Origin: Octopus vulgaris
Lineage: Eukaryota
Direction of reading: 5' to 3'
Length of the DNA: 64,000 nt
Assembly: GCA_951406725.2 (NCBI GenBank)
Contig: OX597821.1
Coordinates: 26,040,001-26,104,000, forward strand
Shown here piece by piece: positions 41,350-56,859 of the stretch. The stretch's first letter is position 1. Each line of letters opens with the position of its first letter. Below the pieces are notes generated by a model. That model saw only the letters and a list, made by a program, of their open reading frames with translations. It made no database searches and was not told the origin of the DNA. Both the position numbers and the translations under genes were made by a program.

Positions 41350-41641
41350 GAGTATGTACTGTTGTGAAATATTTTAATGCATTTTAATATTTTAATTTCA
41401 ATTTCTATGTATTAATTATATTTTCTTTATTAATGACAATATGTATTTTAACCAAAGATTCGATGTAAGGTTTTTTTCCTCGACTTTTATAATTTTATAT
41501 ATTTTTTATATTTTATATTGAGCTCATTTTTGTTTATCGCTCGAATATGACCGTTATTCGAAAGGACCAATCAAACAAGTCCTTTTTAAAGGTGTCTTAA
41601 TACTAGTCTTGATAGAATTGGCATATCGGTTCTATTTTAAC

Positions 41642-41689
41642 AAAAACTGTCCGACGAACGGGAACGTGAAACTCCGAGTAACAGGTTTT
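41642..41689 (+). ncRNA. Type I hammerhead ribozyme motif (CCGACGA core)
   Basis: CUGU-CCGACGA-ACG(GGAA)CGU-GAAACU(CCG)AGUA^ACAG; followed by AATAAA and (TA)n. Confidence 0.7.
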
Positions 41690-41734
41690 GTTGAATTTCT
41701 GCTGCTTTTAAATAAAGTATATATATATATATAT

Positions 41735-42039
41735 CACCATCATCATCACGTGACCGACCAGTCCATCAGATGTAGTTACACATCGCTGGTCACAATGCGT
41801 TCGCATTGTTTGAGCCTTCGAATGACGCCACCCTGCTGGCTAAGCGAGCAGGCCAACAGAAGAAAGAGTGGGAGAAAGAGTGGTGAAAGAGTACAGCAGG
41901 GATCGCCACCCCCTGCCGGAGCCTCGTGGAGCTTTTAGGTGTTTTCGCTCAATAAACACTCACAACGCCCGGTTTGGGAATCGAAACCGCGATCCTACGA
42001 CCGCGAGTCCGCTACCCTAACCACTAGGCCATTGCACCT

Positions 42040-42042
<3 letters not shown>
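41735..42042 (-). mobile_element. SINE family C (tail type 3, (TGA)n end)
   Basis: Head and core match; distinct 3' segment ending GTGATGATGATG. Confidence 0.88.
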
Positions 42043-42095
<53 letters not shown>

Positions 42096-43239
42096 GCACA
42101 AACATGCATACATACATACATACATATATATAAATATACATGCGTGCACACACACATGGCTACATGACCTAAAGTGTCCTTTCACTACTTAAGATGGTAG
42201 GGAGATTTGGCTGGTGCACTTGCATCGTGGATTTTGACCGCCCCCTTCCTTTAAGCGTAACATCTCTTCGGCTCTAGCAAACATTCTTATGTAAAGTGGC
42301 TGTTCCGTGCAGTCCGCGCACACTAAACATCGCACGTCAGGCCACAGCTTGGCTGATACATCTAACAGGTTAAGCGACAACATAGTCACTCATCAATCCA
42401 TTTTCGTTTTTGCCCAAGTTGTGAGAAGAACTGACAGCTGTGCCTTGGTAAAACCCTGAAAACTCCGCATTTTTTTTTTTGGACAAGTCTTTCGACTCAA
42501 GTGCTTTACAGTCATCGTATTCCTTAAATTTTGTTTTTAAATGAATATTATTTATTTATAGGATGTGGGGTAATTGTCTGCTCGTGCATCCGATTAGATC
42601 TAGAAAGATGATTAGTTATCTGTATGTCCACCTGCCAACTGTCTAGCTAACTGTCTTTTTTGTATTGTTAGCTTCTGTCTATCAAACGTCTGGTAGAGAT
42701 CGCTTGACGTATGTAGTCTGAGCGAGTCTGTCTAATTCTCTCAGTAAACAATGGAGTTTTTACATTGAGGTCAAGGGGATACACTAAATAAACATCTTGT
42801 CTTCATTCAGTCAAGGTTACACCCGTCATCACCCACCACCGTACACAAACATAATCATGCACATACTGTCAGCGATCACACACTTCTTTAAGCAGGCTAG
42901 AGGGTGGCTGGAGTTGTCTGTGATGGCGTAAATCTGTAAACATATTGATTTAGAATGTCAAATGAACGAAATTGAGAAGAAAATAAACAAAACAGTTTAT
43001 AGAATTTCTCTTTAAACATAATTGTTAGCAAATGACCTTTTTTCTGTTTTTTCCTTATTTTTTCTGTTTTTCCTTTTTCTGTTTTTCTTATTTTTCTGTT
43101 TTTCTTATTTTTCTGTTTTTCTTATTTTTCTGTTTTTTTTTTGTTTTTTTTCTTTTTCTTCTTTCTATCTCTCTTTTTTCTGTTTTTCTTTTTTTTTCTG
43201 TTTTTTAAAATGTTTTTTTCTTTTTTTCCAGTGGTTTAG

Positions 43240-45090
<1,851 letters not shown>

Positions 45091-45124
45091 CATTTATACA
45101 TACATACATACATACATACATACA

Positions 45125-45155
<31 letters not shown>

Positions 45156-45428
45156 GAGCGTAGTATGGCCGAATGGTTAAAACTATTGCTTCGAAACCAC
45201 AAAGACACGGTTTCGATTCCATTTCTTAGCGAAATCAATTTGTTTTTTAGCGGCGGTGCATCAGCATGGCCGCAGCTCTGAGCTGAAACTAGAAAGAAAA
45301 AAAAATACATACATACATACACACACACATACACACATACATACACACACACTCATATTATAGTATACTGTTATGTGAAGGTAAGATCAACAAAAGAAAA
45401 AAGTTCTCCTTCTGGTGAGAGATAAATA

Positions 45429-46539
45429 TCTATTATAATAAATGGCAAGTTTGTGTGTTTGTGAATTTGTTACTTTAACTCCTCAAAGACTATCCGACAG
45501 ACCTTGATGAAACTTGACATGTGTGTGTGTGTGTGTGGGGGGGGGGGCTTATGCCCATGCGGTTACTTACACTCTTGGAATTTAAAAAAAAATGATTTTT
45601 CCTCAGCATCGATTTTTCAAAAATCGTAAAATTTCGGGGATCTTTTCGGTTTGAACGGCAGTTTTTTCTAGCGGTGTCATATGAAATTGTCACCCATAAT
45701 TATGACCCTAGTATCGATCTATTGCATTTCAATCTGTTTTAGGGTTAGGATTAGGGGTGGGGGAGGGGTATCTTTTTTCTTCACAAATGTAAATAAACCC
45801 AATCTGTTTCTTAAACGAGGGACACAGAAGGTTTTTTCCTCAATGGAGGCCATTAATTGGTTGAAATTGCAGAAATTGAAGAAAACAAACAACAAATATC
45901 TTACAAACCATAGGATTTTCTCAATAAAGCCAAGAGAAAAAGATGTTTTATAAACACATTCTACCAGTATACGAAGTTTAAAAATTTTTTAGTTACCTAG
46001 AAATTATGTTAAAAACTGCCGTTCAAACCGAAAAGATCCTTTTCGGCATTTTTCGCACTAGCCATCGTGATATCAATTTGACGAAATTTGACGAAATATG
46101 TTTCATGTGTATAGACAGCCATCTTATTAACGGTAATCTATTTAGTGTTTGCTAATTCTTCATTCCAATACGAGTTGTTTTGATTTGCTAAAACTTATTA
46201 TTTCAAATCGTTGTTTAATTTCCCGGCGTTTCAGGTTTTGATTAGGTAAAAAGCATTCTATTTCTCAAGCAAAATTTATGCATTTTACGCACTAGCCGTA
46301 GTGACATCAATTTGACAAAATCTGCCCCAAAGCGTAAAATTTCGCCATTTTACGCACGTGTACAAAAATGACGACAACACGGTTCGTAACCAGATTCCGC
46401 TCATTTTTCCGTCAAATTGGTTTTACCCATTAATATGGATTTTAAATTTTTGAAAAATATCGAAATTTGACGAAAAATGTTTCATGCCTATAAACAAACA
46501 TCTTGTTAACGGTAATTTTTTACCGAGTACCTCAGCTAG
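45429..46539 (+). mobile_element. Non-autonomous Helitron-like element containing a family D insertion
   Basis: A^TCTATTATAATAAATGG start; CGGTAA-TTTT-TTACCG hairpin then CTAG^T end; internal direct repeat 46085-46138 / 46464-46515. Confidence 0.75.
45638..46039 (+). mobile_element. Family D TIR element
   Basis: Both TIRs present; flanks ATTTCGG / TTTTCGG. Confidence 0.93.
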
Positions 46540-46580
46540 TTATTCAATAAACGGGGCATATATTTTTATGACCTACTAAT

Positions 46581-46998
46581 AGGCGCAGGAGTGGCTGTGT
46601 GGTAAGTAGCTTGTTTACCAACCACATGGTCCCGGGTTCAGTCCCACTGCGCGGCATCTTGGGCAAGTGTCTTCTGCTATAGCCCCGGGCTGACCAATGC
46701 CTTGTGAATGGATTTGGTAGACGGAAACTGAAAGAAGCCTGTCGTATATATGTATATATATATGTGTATGTGTGTGTGTTTGTGTGTCTGTGTTTGTCCC
46801 CCTAGCATTGCATGACAACCGATGCTGGTGTGTTTATGTCCCCGTTACCTAGCGGTTCGGCAAAAGAGACCGATAGAATAAGTACTGGGCTTACAAAAGA
46901 ATAAGTCCCGGGGTCGAGTTGCTCGATTAAAGGCGGTGCTCCAGCATGGCCGCAGTCAAATGACTGAATCAGGTAAAAGAGTAAAAGAGTAAAGAGTA
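46581..46998 (+). mobile_element. SINE family A
   Basis: Full-length copy. Confidence 0.95.
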
Positions 46999-47178
46999 AT
47001 AGTTTTATGCGATAAAAAACAATTCAGACAGCATTTTATAAAACGTCTGGTGCCTTCGCGCAATCCTCAGGCTTATTCTTTCCATTAATTTCTTTAATAT
47101 ATGCATTCAGTGAGGTTTAGAAGCGGTGAAGGAGGATTCTGCACTGTTAATAGAAATCTGTTTGACTGGAAACTAAAA

Positions 47179-47416
47179 GGATCTTTTCGGTTTGAACGGC
47201 AGTTTCTTCTAGCGGTGTCCTATGAAATTGTCACCTATAATTACGACCCTAGAATCAATCTATTGCATTTCAATCTCTTTTAGGGTTATGGTTAGTTAGG
47301 ATTAGCTAGGGTTAGTTAGGGTTAGGGTTAGGGTTAGGGCTGGGGGAAGGGTATCTTTTTTTCTTCACAAATGTAAATAAACCCAATCTGTTTCTTAAAC
47401 GAGGGTCATATTCATA
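47179..47416 (+). mobile_element. Family D element, truncated, with expanded TTAGGG tract
   Basis: Left TIR plus TTAGGG variants at 47279-47339. Confidence 0.9.
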
Positions 47417-47480
47417 TCCTCCTTGCTTTTACACTTCGAATTTACTGGCCAATTGTTCTCTGGTACCTCTCTTAGATGGT

Positions 47481-47555
<75 letters not shown>

Positions 47556-47627
47556 CGGTGACCGCGTGTGTACCGTAGGCGATTTTTTCCCTCTGTCTTC
47601 CCTTCTCTGGATCTTTCCTTCTCCTAT

Positions 47628-47662
47628 GTTTCCGACGAAGAGCTCCGCTCGAAACGTTAAAC
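47628..47662 (+). ncRNA. Minimal hammerhead motif (CCGACGA) in pseudo-LTR-like module 47560-47750
   Basis: GUUU-CCGACGA-A-GAGC(UCC)GCUC-GAAAC-GUU^AAAC; stem I covaries relative to the 10358 copy. Confidence 0.72.
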
Positions 47663-47772
47663 CCTCCTTTCCTGAGCGTCCAATAATACTATATTTGTTC
47701 CACGTCCTCGCGTTGTTGTGTTTTTTGTGCTTTCTTGTTTGGATTAACTATATATATATATATATGTATGTA

Positions 47773-47861
<89 letters not shown>

Positions 47862-48044
47862 ATATATATGTATATATGTATATATGTTTATATATGTATA
47901 TATGTATATATGTATATATGTATATATGTGTATATATATACATATATATATGTGTGTGTGTGTGTGTGTATGTATATATGTATATATATATGTGTATATA
48001 TGTATATATCTAAATATATGTATATATGTATGTGTATCTATATG

Positions 48045-48080
<36 letters not shown>

Positions 48081-48650
48081 ATAAACCTTTACATAAATAA
48101 ATAACGTGAAATACACGAAGGGACGAACAAAAAGACAAACGGGTCATTCAAAGCCTTCATTCTTCAGTCAGAACTGATCCCTCATCGCAGATTTCGGCTG
48201 TTTAATTCTGAGATCCGCTCTGAATCAGCCAGCCACAGAAGGAAAGAATGCAACGCAACAGAGACGAACATGAAACGAAAAATCTTTTTTGGAGACAGTA
48301 ACGGTTAAAAACATGGATGACACAGGCGCCCTACGGCTTTGAGACAAAAAGAGAGACACAAAAACAATATCAGCAAGCGTGGAAAAATAATTACCTTTTC
48401 AGTGATAAGACACATGTTGAACAATCGGCCGATGGAAACAGAATGGCTGAGGCAGCAAGTCGCAAGAGGGTAAGAGAGAGAAGGGGGTAAGAGAGAGAGG
48501 GGTCAGTGACCAAGAGAGAGAGGGAGAGAAGGAATCAGAGAGGCTGGGAGAAAAAAGCGCCAAAACAATTTGGCAACGAAGCAATGGCGAAGGAAAGAAA
48601 ATAGGTTAAATACATCGTGCAGGGGTTTTGATATGATAAACATAAAGAAG

Positions 48651-48712
<62 letters not shown>

Positions 48713-48949
48713 ATCTGTTCTGTGTCTATATTTCTGGATATACTGAAGGAACGGCATTTAACTAATGGTATTTAGCTTGAGAACAAAGTGGATGTTAACG
48801 CCTTCTTATAATCCTAGTTCGATTAATAAATTACTTATGCTGTTACAATGCTTGTTTCAATATTACATTAATGAAAAAGTATATCTATAGATTTCAGCCA
48901 GCACTGTATGCAATACACAGATGCAAAAGTTTTGACCAACACCTTGGCA

Positions 48950-49260
48950 GCAATTTCGGAGAAGGGGGTAAGTCGATTACATCGACCCAGTGCTCAACTG
49001 GTACTGATGATGATGATGATGATGATGACCATGATGATGATGATGATGATGATGATAGTAATAATAACAATAATAATAATTTAGAGGAAGGGTGTAAGTC
49101 GATTATATCGACCGCCAGTGATCAATTGGTATTCATTTTATCGACCCGAAAAGGATGAAAGACAAAGTCGACCTCGGCGGAAATTGAACTCAGAAATGTA
49201 AAGATGGATGAAATGCCGCTAAGCATATAGTCCAGCGCGGTGACAACTCTGCCAGCTCGC
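48950..49260 (-). mobile_element. SINE family B with partial duplication around (GAT)n/(AAT)n
   Basis: Core match; GGGTAAGTCGATTA segment present twice. Confidence 0.8.
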
Positions 49261-49820
49261 CCCACCTTATTCTCTTCTAATATAGACTAACATGTCACAG
49301 ATGTTCTGTAGATCATCCATGTATAAGAAGTGACTTCAATGACTTACAAACCGTCTCCTTTTCTGCAATATGTTAAAACTGGAATCGCTGTTAGTAATTT
49401 TGTTATATTCTTCAGAATATTTTACCTTCTAAATTGATTTCTGAATTCTAGTTTATCTTGTTTTTTCATCTATCCGTATAGCTTTTCTCCCCCATTTTAC
49501 CTGCTCTGTCTTTTCTTTAACAACTGCCTCTTGGCTTTTCAGTACCTTCATTTGCTTGTCAGTCTTCTTTATGTCGATATCTTTGTCGAAATGCTGCTAT
49601 AAATATGACCGCATCATCAATTAGGTGTGTAATTATGTGTGCATAAAATCATACACCACTGTACGAACGGCATGTGTGTGTGTGTATGTGTGTGTGCGCC
49701 TGCGTGCGTGCGTATGGGAGTAAGTGTAGGGGAGACACTTTTCCAAAATTTCAGAATAGCGACTGTTAGTTACATGTTAAAAAATACATTAGACACCCAC
49801 ACAACACTATGCATACATAC

Positions 49821-49873
<53 letters not shown>

Positions 49874-49878
49874 CATAC

Positions 49879-49953
<75 letters not shown>

Positions 49954-50072
49954 CATATATATATGCATACATATATATATATATATACATGTACACACAC
50001 ACACACATATATATACATACACACACACACATATATATATACATACACACACGCACACATATATATACATAC

Positions 50073-50135
<63 letters not shown>

Positions 50136-50180
50136 TATACGTATACATATATATATATATATATATACATATACACCACA

Positions 50181-50230
<50 letters not shown>

Positions 50231-51176
50231 TGTGTCTGTGTGTGTGTGTGTGTGTCACATAAACAGTTAAGATTTTGAATATAAATTTAAGAGATAAAAA
50301 GAATAAGCCATTTACAAACACGGCTCAGGACTGAAAAACGAGAACGTCCTTGGCGCGATAAAGCCTGTTCTCTTTTTCCTTCTCTGTTAGGCTGTGTTCG
50401 TAAATGTCTTTACAGACATATGTACATACATATAAAAAATGTATGTGTAAGTTGTGCACGTGTATTTATGTGTGTGTGTGTGTGTGTGTGTGTGTCGATG
50501 GTTGTTTGTGAGGAAGGGTTGTAGATGTGATTCCCAGCAATTTTTAGACGGCCAGGAATTTCCTGTGCATAGCTGTGCAGTCTTCTGAGAAGTTCTCAGA
50601 CGTTCACACAAGTGCGGCTTTACGTCGCAATCCCAGACGCGTTGTCTTGTTGTTTATATGTATTTGTATAATTCTTTTAGGTGGGGGAGGGGAAGTCATT
50701 ACTGGGAAAGAGAGAACGAGGAAGAGAGAGAGAGGGAGAGAAAGACAGTGAAATGACGTCACTGTTGCATGAAATGGGAAAATATAGGTGATCTACTTCC
50801 TACATTTTTATGAAAATGGTTGCCGTATTCACTGAACAGTTTCAGTCAACATCCCCCGTTGTTATATACTGAATCAGAAATGTTGGTAATTGATTACACA
50901 ATGTCTACAGTTTTTTTAAGGGGAATACTTTGCAGTGGAAAGGCAGTGCTTAAGACTTTTTTTCAAGATCACCGAATCTATTGACAAAGAAATGAGGGAA
51001 ATTATCCGCAGAATAAAGCCTAGTCTGGGCTACATTAAAAGCACCATCAAAAGGTCAGCTGTTTTGGTGTTAAAGTAGTTGACGGTCTTAGCCTGCTTCA
51101 GAAAAACTAGAAAAACTCCCTCGTTTTTCCCTCATTATACGACAACCAAGTTTTATTTATACAGTTTTATCCATAT

Positions 51177-51337
51177 AGGTGCAAGCATGGCTGTGTGGCA
51201 AGAAGCTTGCTTCCCAACGACATGGTTCCGGTTTCAGTCCCACTGTGTAACCTTGGGCAAGTGTCTTTTACTATAGCCTCGGGCAGACCAAAGCCTTGTG
51301 AGTGGATTTGGCAGATGGAAACTGAAAGAAGCCCGTC
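51177..51337 (+). mobile_element. SINE family A, 5' half
   Basis: Head to AAGCCCGTCG, then joined to the family B array. Confidence 0.88.
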
Positions 51338-51339
51338 GC

Positions 51340-51824
51340 GGAATTTCAAATCAGAACATAAAGACAGACGAAATACTGCTGAGCATTTCGCCCGGCGTGC
51401 TAACGTTTCTTATTTCTTTATTGCCCACAAGGGGCTAAACATAGAGGGGACAAACAAGGACAGACAAACGGATTAAGTCGATTACATCGACCCCAGTGCC
51501 AACTGGTACTTAATTTATCGGCCCCGAAAGGATGAAAGGCAAAGTCGACCTCGACGGAATTTCAAATCAGAACGTAAAGACAGACGAAATATGTATTTCT
51601 TTACTACCCACAAGGGGCTAAACACAGAGAGGGCAAACAAGGACAGACAAACGGATTAAGTTGATTATATCGACCCCAGTGAGTAACTGGTACTTAATTT
51701 ATCGACCCCGAAAGGATGAAAAGCAAAGTCGACCTCGGCGGAATTTGAACTCAGAACGTAACGGCAGACGAAATACGGCTAAGCATTTCGCCCGGCGTGC
51801 TAACGATTCTGCCAGCTCGCCGCT
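51340..51824 (-). mobile_element. SINE family B tandem array (~2.5 units)
   Basis: Repeated ~180-bp unit CCCACAAGGGGCTAAAC...GAAAGGATGAAA...GACGAAATA. Confidence 0.9.
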
Positions 51825-52415
51825 TTAGTAGAAAGGGTTATTATGAAAGGATAGTGGAGCGACAGAATCGGTAGTGCATTAGACAAAATAAAATACCAGT
51901 CACTTAGTGGGGTCGTTTTCATCAATTATACTCTCCCTACTTTAATATATAGTGCTATGTCAATGTTAGATGCCAATATTATGGAAGTTAGTGACTAGAA
52001 TATCCGCCTATAATAATTAGCTTCGTGTATTTGTTTGCTGTTACGTTTGACGAGTGTAAATTCAAGGAAAGTGTGGGCGAGAGAATCTAAACATGAAAAT
52101 GTGTAATAAAGAGTGGCAGATACCATTAACAGCAACGGGCTTCTTTCAGTTTCCGTCCACCAAATCCACTCGCAAGACTTTGGTAAACTTCTTGCAACAC
52201 GGCCACACCTGCACCTAGCCCTCTTTCACACGCACATGCATGCTCTCTTATACACACACGTACCTTTGTGTTGGGGAACACCTCCGTTTTGGAAGTCACT
52301 TGACCCTGTTATCTCCCCTGACCACTGTCCAAAGTCAGGACGCCATGATAGACCGTTTGCTCCTACACGCATTTTTTTCTCTCCTTGTTTCTCTCCTTGT
52401 TTTTTTTTCTGTGTA

Positions 52416-52453
52416 TCTTTATGTCGAAGAGCGTAGGCTCGAAACGTAAAAGA
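52416..52453 (+). ncRNA. Minimal hammerhead motif, mutated core (AUGUCGA), in module 52340-52551
   Basis: Same stems as the 10358 copy; C3 lost, so probably inactive. Confidence 0.55.
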
Positions 52454-52660
52454 CTTGTTCTATTTCTATTCCTGAGCGCCATACAAATACATTTGTTTGT
52501 TTGTACTCCACCTGCCTTCGTCTTTTGTTTATTTTCGTAAACCTTCCCGTCATATATATATATATATATATATATATATTGAAAAGCCAACAGCATGTGC
52601 ACCTTCATGACTCTGTGACCATTGGCGGCATTAAATGTTTTTGAATGTTGCGATTCATGT

Positions 52661-52745
52661 ATTCACCTGATGAAAACGGGTTTTTCTAATGATATAGTAT
52701 TTCCATTAATCAGTTAAAAATTCGTTGGAAACAGCTGTAGTGGAT
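52661..52745 (+). ncRNA. Type I hammerhead ribozyme, canonical CUGAUGA core, long stem II, palindromic stem III
   Basis: AUUCAC-CUGAUGA-AAACGGGUUUUU...AAAAAUUCGUUG-GAAACAGCUGUA^GUGGAU. Confidence 0.8.
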
Positions 52746-53037
52746 TGACACATTATCCATCCGTTGCTATTTATCTATTATTGACCTTACTTTGAACCTG
52801 ATCCTTGCGTAGATCCAAAGTATCTTATGGACCGTACGTTTAGTGCGATGTGTGTTCTCTGATTAGCCTCATGGCTCATGATATATTCAGCTGGGTACAA
52901 TTAATCGTATACATAACCTCATTATCATTTTGCCTGTACTTCGGTATGTATTCCTCTATTTTTGTTGTGTACACATCTTACTTATCGACCCGACCCGGTG
53001 CTTTACCATTCAAGTGCCTGACTCATTCGAATTCCGA

Positions 53038-53097
<60 letters not shown>

Positions 53098-53424
53098 AAC
53101 TGTTATTAATATATGCGCGTGTGTGTATACATTCATACATACATCCATACACACATACACCCATACATACATACACACATACACACATACACACATACAT
53201 ACATACACACACATACACACATACATACATACATACATACATACATACATACATACATACATACATACATACATACATACATACACACATACATATATAC
53301 ATACATACATAAATACATACATACATAGTTAATCCAAACAAGAAAACACAAAAAAACACAACAACGTGAGGACGTGGAACAAATATAGTATTATTGGACG
53401 CTCAGGAAAGAAGGGAAGAAGGAG

Positions 53425-53459
53425 GCTCAACGTTTCGAGCGGAGCTCTTCGTCGGAAAC
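53425..53459 (-). ncRNA. Minimal hammerhead motif (CCGACGA) in module 53328-53525
   Basis: Reverse complement GUUU-CCGACGA-A-GAGC(UCC)GCUC-GAAAC-GUU^GAGC; module nearly identical to 47560-47750. Confidence 0.7.
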
Positions 53460-53539
53460 ATAGGAGAAGGAAAGATCCCGAGAAGGGAAGACAGAGGAAA
53501 AAAAATCGCCAACGGTACACACGAGGTCACATTTTGAAA

Positions 53540-54118
53540 GCATACATACATACACACACATACATACATACAGACATAGATACATACATGCATGCATACA
53601 TACATACATACATACATACATACATACATACATACATACATACACACACACATACATACATACACACATACACACATACATATATACATACATACATACA
53701 TATACACATACATACATACATACATGCATACACACATACACGCATACACACACATGCATACATACACACACATACATACATACATACATACATACATACA
53801 TACATACATACATACATGCATACACACATACACGCATACACACACATGCATACATACACTCACATACATACATACATACATACACACACACATACATACA
53901 TACATACATACATACATACATACATACATACATACATACACACACACATACACATACATACATACATACATACATACATACATACATACATACATACACA
54001 CACACACATACACATATATACATACATACATACATACATACATAAATACATACATACATACATACATAAATACATACATACATACATACATACATACATA
54101 CATACATACATACATACA

Positions 54119-54147
<29 letters not shown>
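53540..54147. repeat. (TACA)n/(CA)n compound microsatellite
   Basis: Direct reading. Confidence 0.97.
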
Positions 54148-54149
<2 letters not shown>

Positions 54150-54331
54150 GTCTTTGTGTGCGACATTATGGCATAAAGAATTTCTCTTATTCCTATTGAA
54201 AAACCTTTTATTATTGATGAAGCTGTCGTCATTTTTGACGACACGGGTTACAACAGTCTTAAACTATTTACAACGGTGCTCTGATGTTCTGTTGTACTGG
54301 AAACGTGTTGACATCTTCAGCTGGGGAAGAA

Positions 54332-54366
54332 AGATGACGATGACGGTGGTGGTGGTAGTGGGTGGT

Positions 54367-54406
<40 letters not shown>

Positions 54407-54569
54407 GTGGTGGTGGTGGTGGAGGTGGTGGCGGTGGCGGCTGTGGTGGCGGCGGTCATAACCATGATGACGATGACGATACTGATGATGATGCTGACGA
54501 TGATGATGACGATGTTGGTGATGAAGAAGATGATGATGGGAATGAAGGAGTTGATGATGGTGATGATGG

Positions 54570-54605
<36 letters not shown>

Positions 54606-54610
54606 CGATG
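54332..54610. repeat. (GGT)n(GGC)n(GAT)n trinucleotide tract
   Basis: Direct reading. Confidence 0.93.
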
Positions 54611-54864
54611 GCATAAGTTTTTCTGTAATTGCATATTATTCTTAATACTGAACACATTATTACCACAGAATTAATGCAAAAACTAGCATGTAACTCATCA
54701 TTCTTCGACAAGGAATCTAAGATATTTTACCATTTTCTTTATCAGAACGGCTGTGAAATATGTTGCGTGATTTATTGTTTAGCTCAAGATCAGCTTTGAT
54801 TCAGAAACGCCTGTGATCAAAGGTATTCCAACCATAACTCACCTGTCTGCATTCTAGGATTATA

Positions 54865-56097
54865 CAGGGTGCAAGGGGTATTTGAGTGCACTCTTTTATC
54901 AGAATCTTACTCTCTTCAAAAGAATCTTGAAATTTTTTTTTTATTTCTTTCAGGTTCTCCATGACAGATAAAACACTAACACCAGAAATCAAAAGACATG
55001 TAATCGTTGTTGTCATATGTGCGGAAAACAGCGATTTAGAAACTGCCAACTTCCTGAATATTGCACGATCTTCGGTACATAACGTTTGGATGCAAAAAAA
55101 AAAAAAGGTACAAAACAAAAAGCAAATATTCTACGCGTTTGGGCACTATAAGGACATTGCAATTCATCGAACGGGTTCAAAACATTATCGATAATGATCC
55201 CGGAAAATCAATGATAACCATCGCCAAAGGAATTCTGATATTGGAATGGACTGTCAGAATTGTAGTGCATGAGGATATTCAATACAAGTTGCATGTACGG
55301 AAGAGGGGCCAATTCGTGTCTGTAAAGATAGAGAAAAACCGTTTGATTCGTGCCAAGTGGATACTTAAGGTTAAAAACCCTCACGAACATGGCATGCTTT
55401 GGTTCTTCTCTTATGAGAGAAACCACGACTAAGTCCTAAAGTCTAACAGGAGAAATGACAAATGGTTATATGCAGATTCTTCTGATGTCCTCAGTGTGAT
55501 GCCCGCTAATTTTCCAGCTACTGTGATGGTTTTAGGAGTAAGGAGTAACAGAGGTCATGTCATGTTGCCTCGCATCTTTCCACAGGGTTTAAGATTTAAC
55601 GCTACTGAATACGATGAAGTGCTGAAGACAGTTATTAAACCATGGATGGAAGAAGTTCGCAGTGGAAGGCCATACGTGTTTCAACAAGATTCAGCACTGC
55701 CTCACAAAGCCTACATAACCCAAGAATGGGTATCAGATTGTCTCCATGATCGTGTAACACCAAGCAATGTGGTCTACAAACCCAACAGGTTTAAACCGTA
55801 TGGACTTCTATGTTTGGTGTGTTACTGAAAGAGAAACTAATCGACATTCACTCAATACCATAGCTTCGTTGAAGGTCGCTATTGTTCAGGTGGATTCCAA
55901 ATAAATAAAGACCATTTAGTGCAGGACATGCCTGCATTGAAGCAGTCTCCGAAGTTGAAAGTCGATTCAGAGAGTAATCTTAAAAGAAAATTTTATCGAG
56001 AACATGTGTTCAGACTTTTATTAAAATACATATGGTTTATGGTATATTAGGATTGTTTTCTCAAATTACTAAATATGTCATCAAATACGTTTACACG
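54865..56097 (+). mobile_element. Tc1/mariner superfamily element, DD37D/maT-like, near full length but inactivated
   Basis: ATG at 54961; DPGKSM..IAK, VHEDIQYK, WFFS(Y)E, FPATVMVLGV, YVFQQDSALPH motifs with stops and frameshifts; degenerate TIRs CAGGGTGCAAGGGGTATTTGA / TCAAATACGTTTACACG. Confidence 0.88.
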
Positions 56098-56157
56098 TTT
56101 AAAATTTAAAAAAAACTATTTTAAGATGGTACGGGTAAATTGAAAGATATTTTGACT

Positions 56158-56495
56158 CTTGTCTTGTCTTGAGACAGCATTCACCCGGGGTGGGCTGTGC
56201 TGGCTTCATTCATCCTCAATGCTGCATCTCTTACAAACGCTGACCAGACCTGGCGATTTGAGGCTAACGACCGCGTGATCTCCAACCACTCCTTATTCCA
56301 GTGGCGAACGCCGTAGATATGGGGTCCTAGTTTGGGTTCCAGATCAGCCCTGATTGTCCTCAGCCAAGTTTTACGTTGTCCACCACATCGCTTTCGCCAA
56401 CCCTGAAGGGGAGCTGGGGCAATTGCTTCGTAGATGAATTCTCCTGGTTGACGACGGAGGGCATGACCCAGCCAACGCATTCCTCATGTACATCT
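56158..56495 (-). mobile_element. 5'-truncated RTE-type LINE 3' end
   Basis: RWLGHALRR...GGQRKTW...ASNRQVW; (CAAGA)n tail; 12-bp TSD GATATTTTGACT at 56146-56157 and 56496-56507. Confidence 0.92.
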
Positions 56496-56603
56496 GATAT
56501 TTTGACTGCTATAGAGAGACGCAAATGTTGATGTTGTTTACACCTTGTTTGCACTAACGTTTGTAGGGAAATTAAGTTTAACAATCAGGAACACATATAC
56601 ATA

Positions 56604-56816
56604 CTCTTTTCTCTTTTACTCTTTTACTTGTTTCAGTCATTTGACTGCGGCTATGCTGGAGCGCCGCCTTTAGTCGAGCAAATCGACCGCGGGACTTATT
56701 CTTTGTAAGCCCAGCACTTATTCTATCGGGTCTCTTTTGCCGAACCGCTAAGTGACGGGGACGTAAACACACCAGCATCGGTTGTCAAGCAATGCCAGGG
56801 GGACAAACACAGACAC

Positions 56817-56859
<43 letters not shown>

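Noticed and set aside
42189-42480. piggyBac Cys-rich C-terminal remnant (RCLVCADCTEQPLY)
   Set aside because: A single weak motif with no TTAA/TIR or catalytic domain support
47279-47345. True telomere or chromosome fusion site
   Set aside because: Short degenerate tract internal to a dispersed TIR element
54148-54645. Gly/Asp-rich acidic protein ORF
   Set aside because: Trinucleotide microsatellite with no splice or start context; similar (GAT)n tracts at 7960 and 49005
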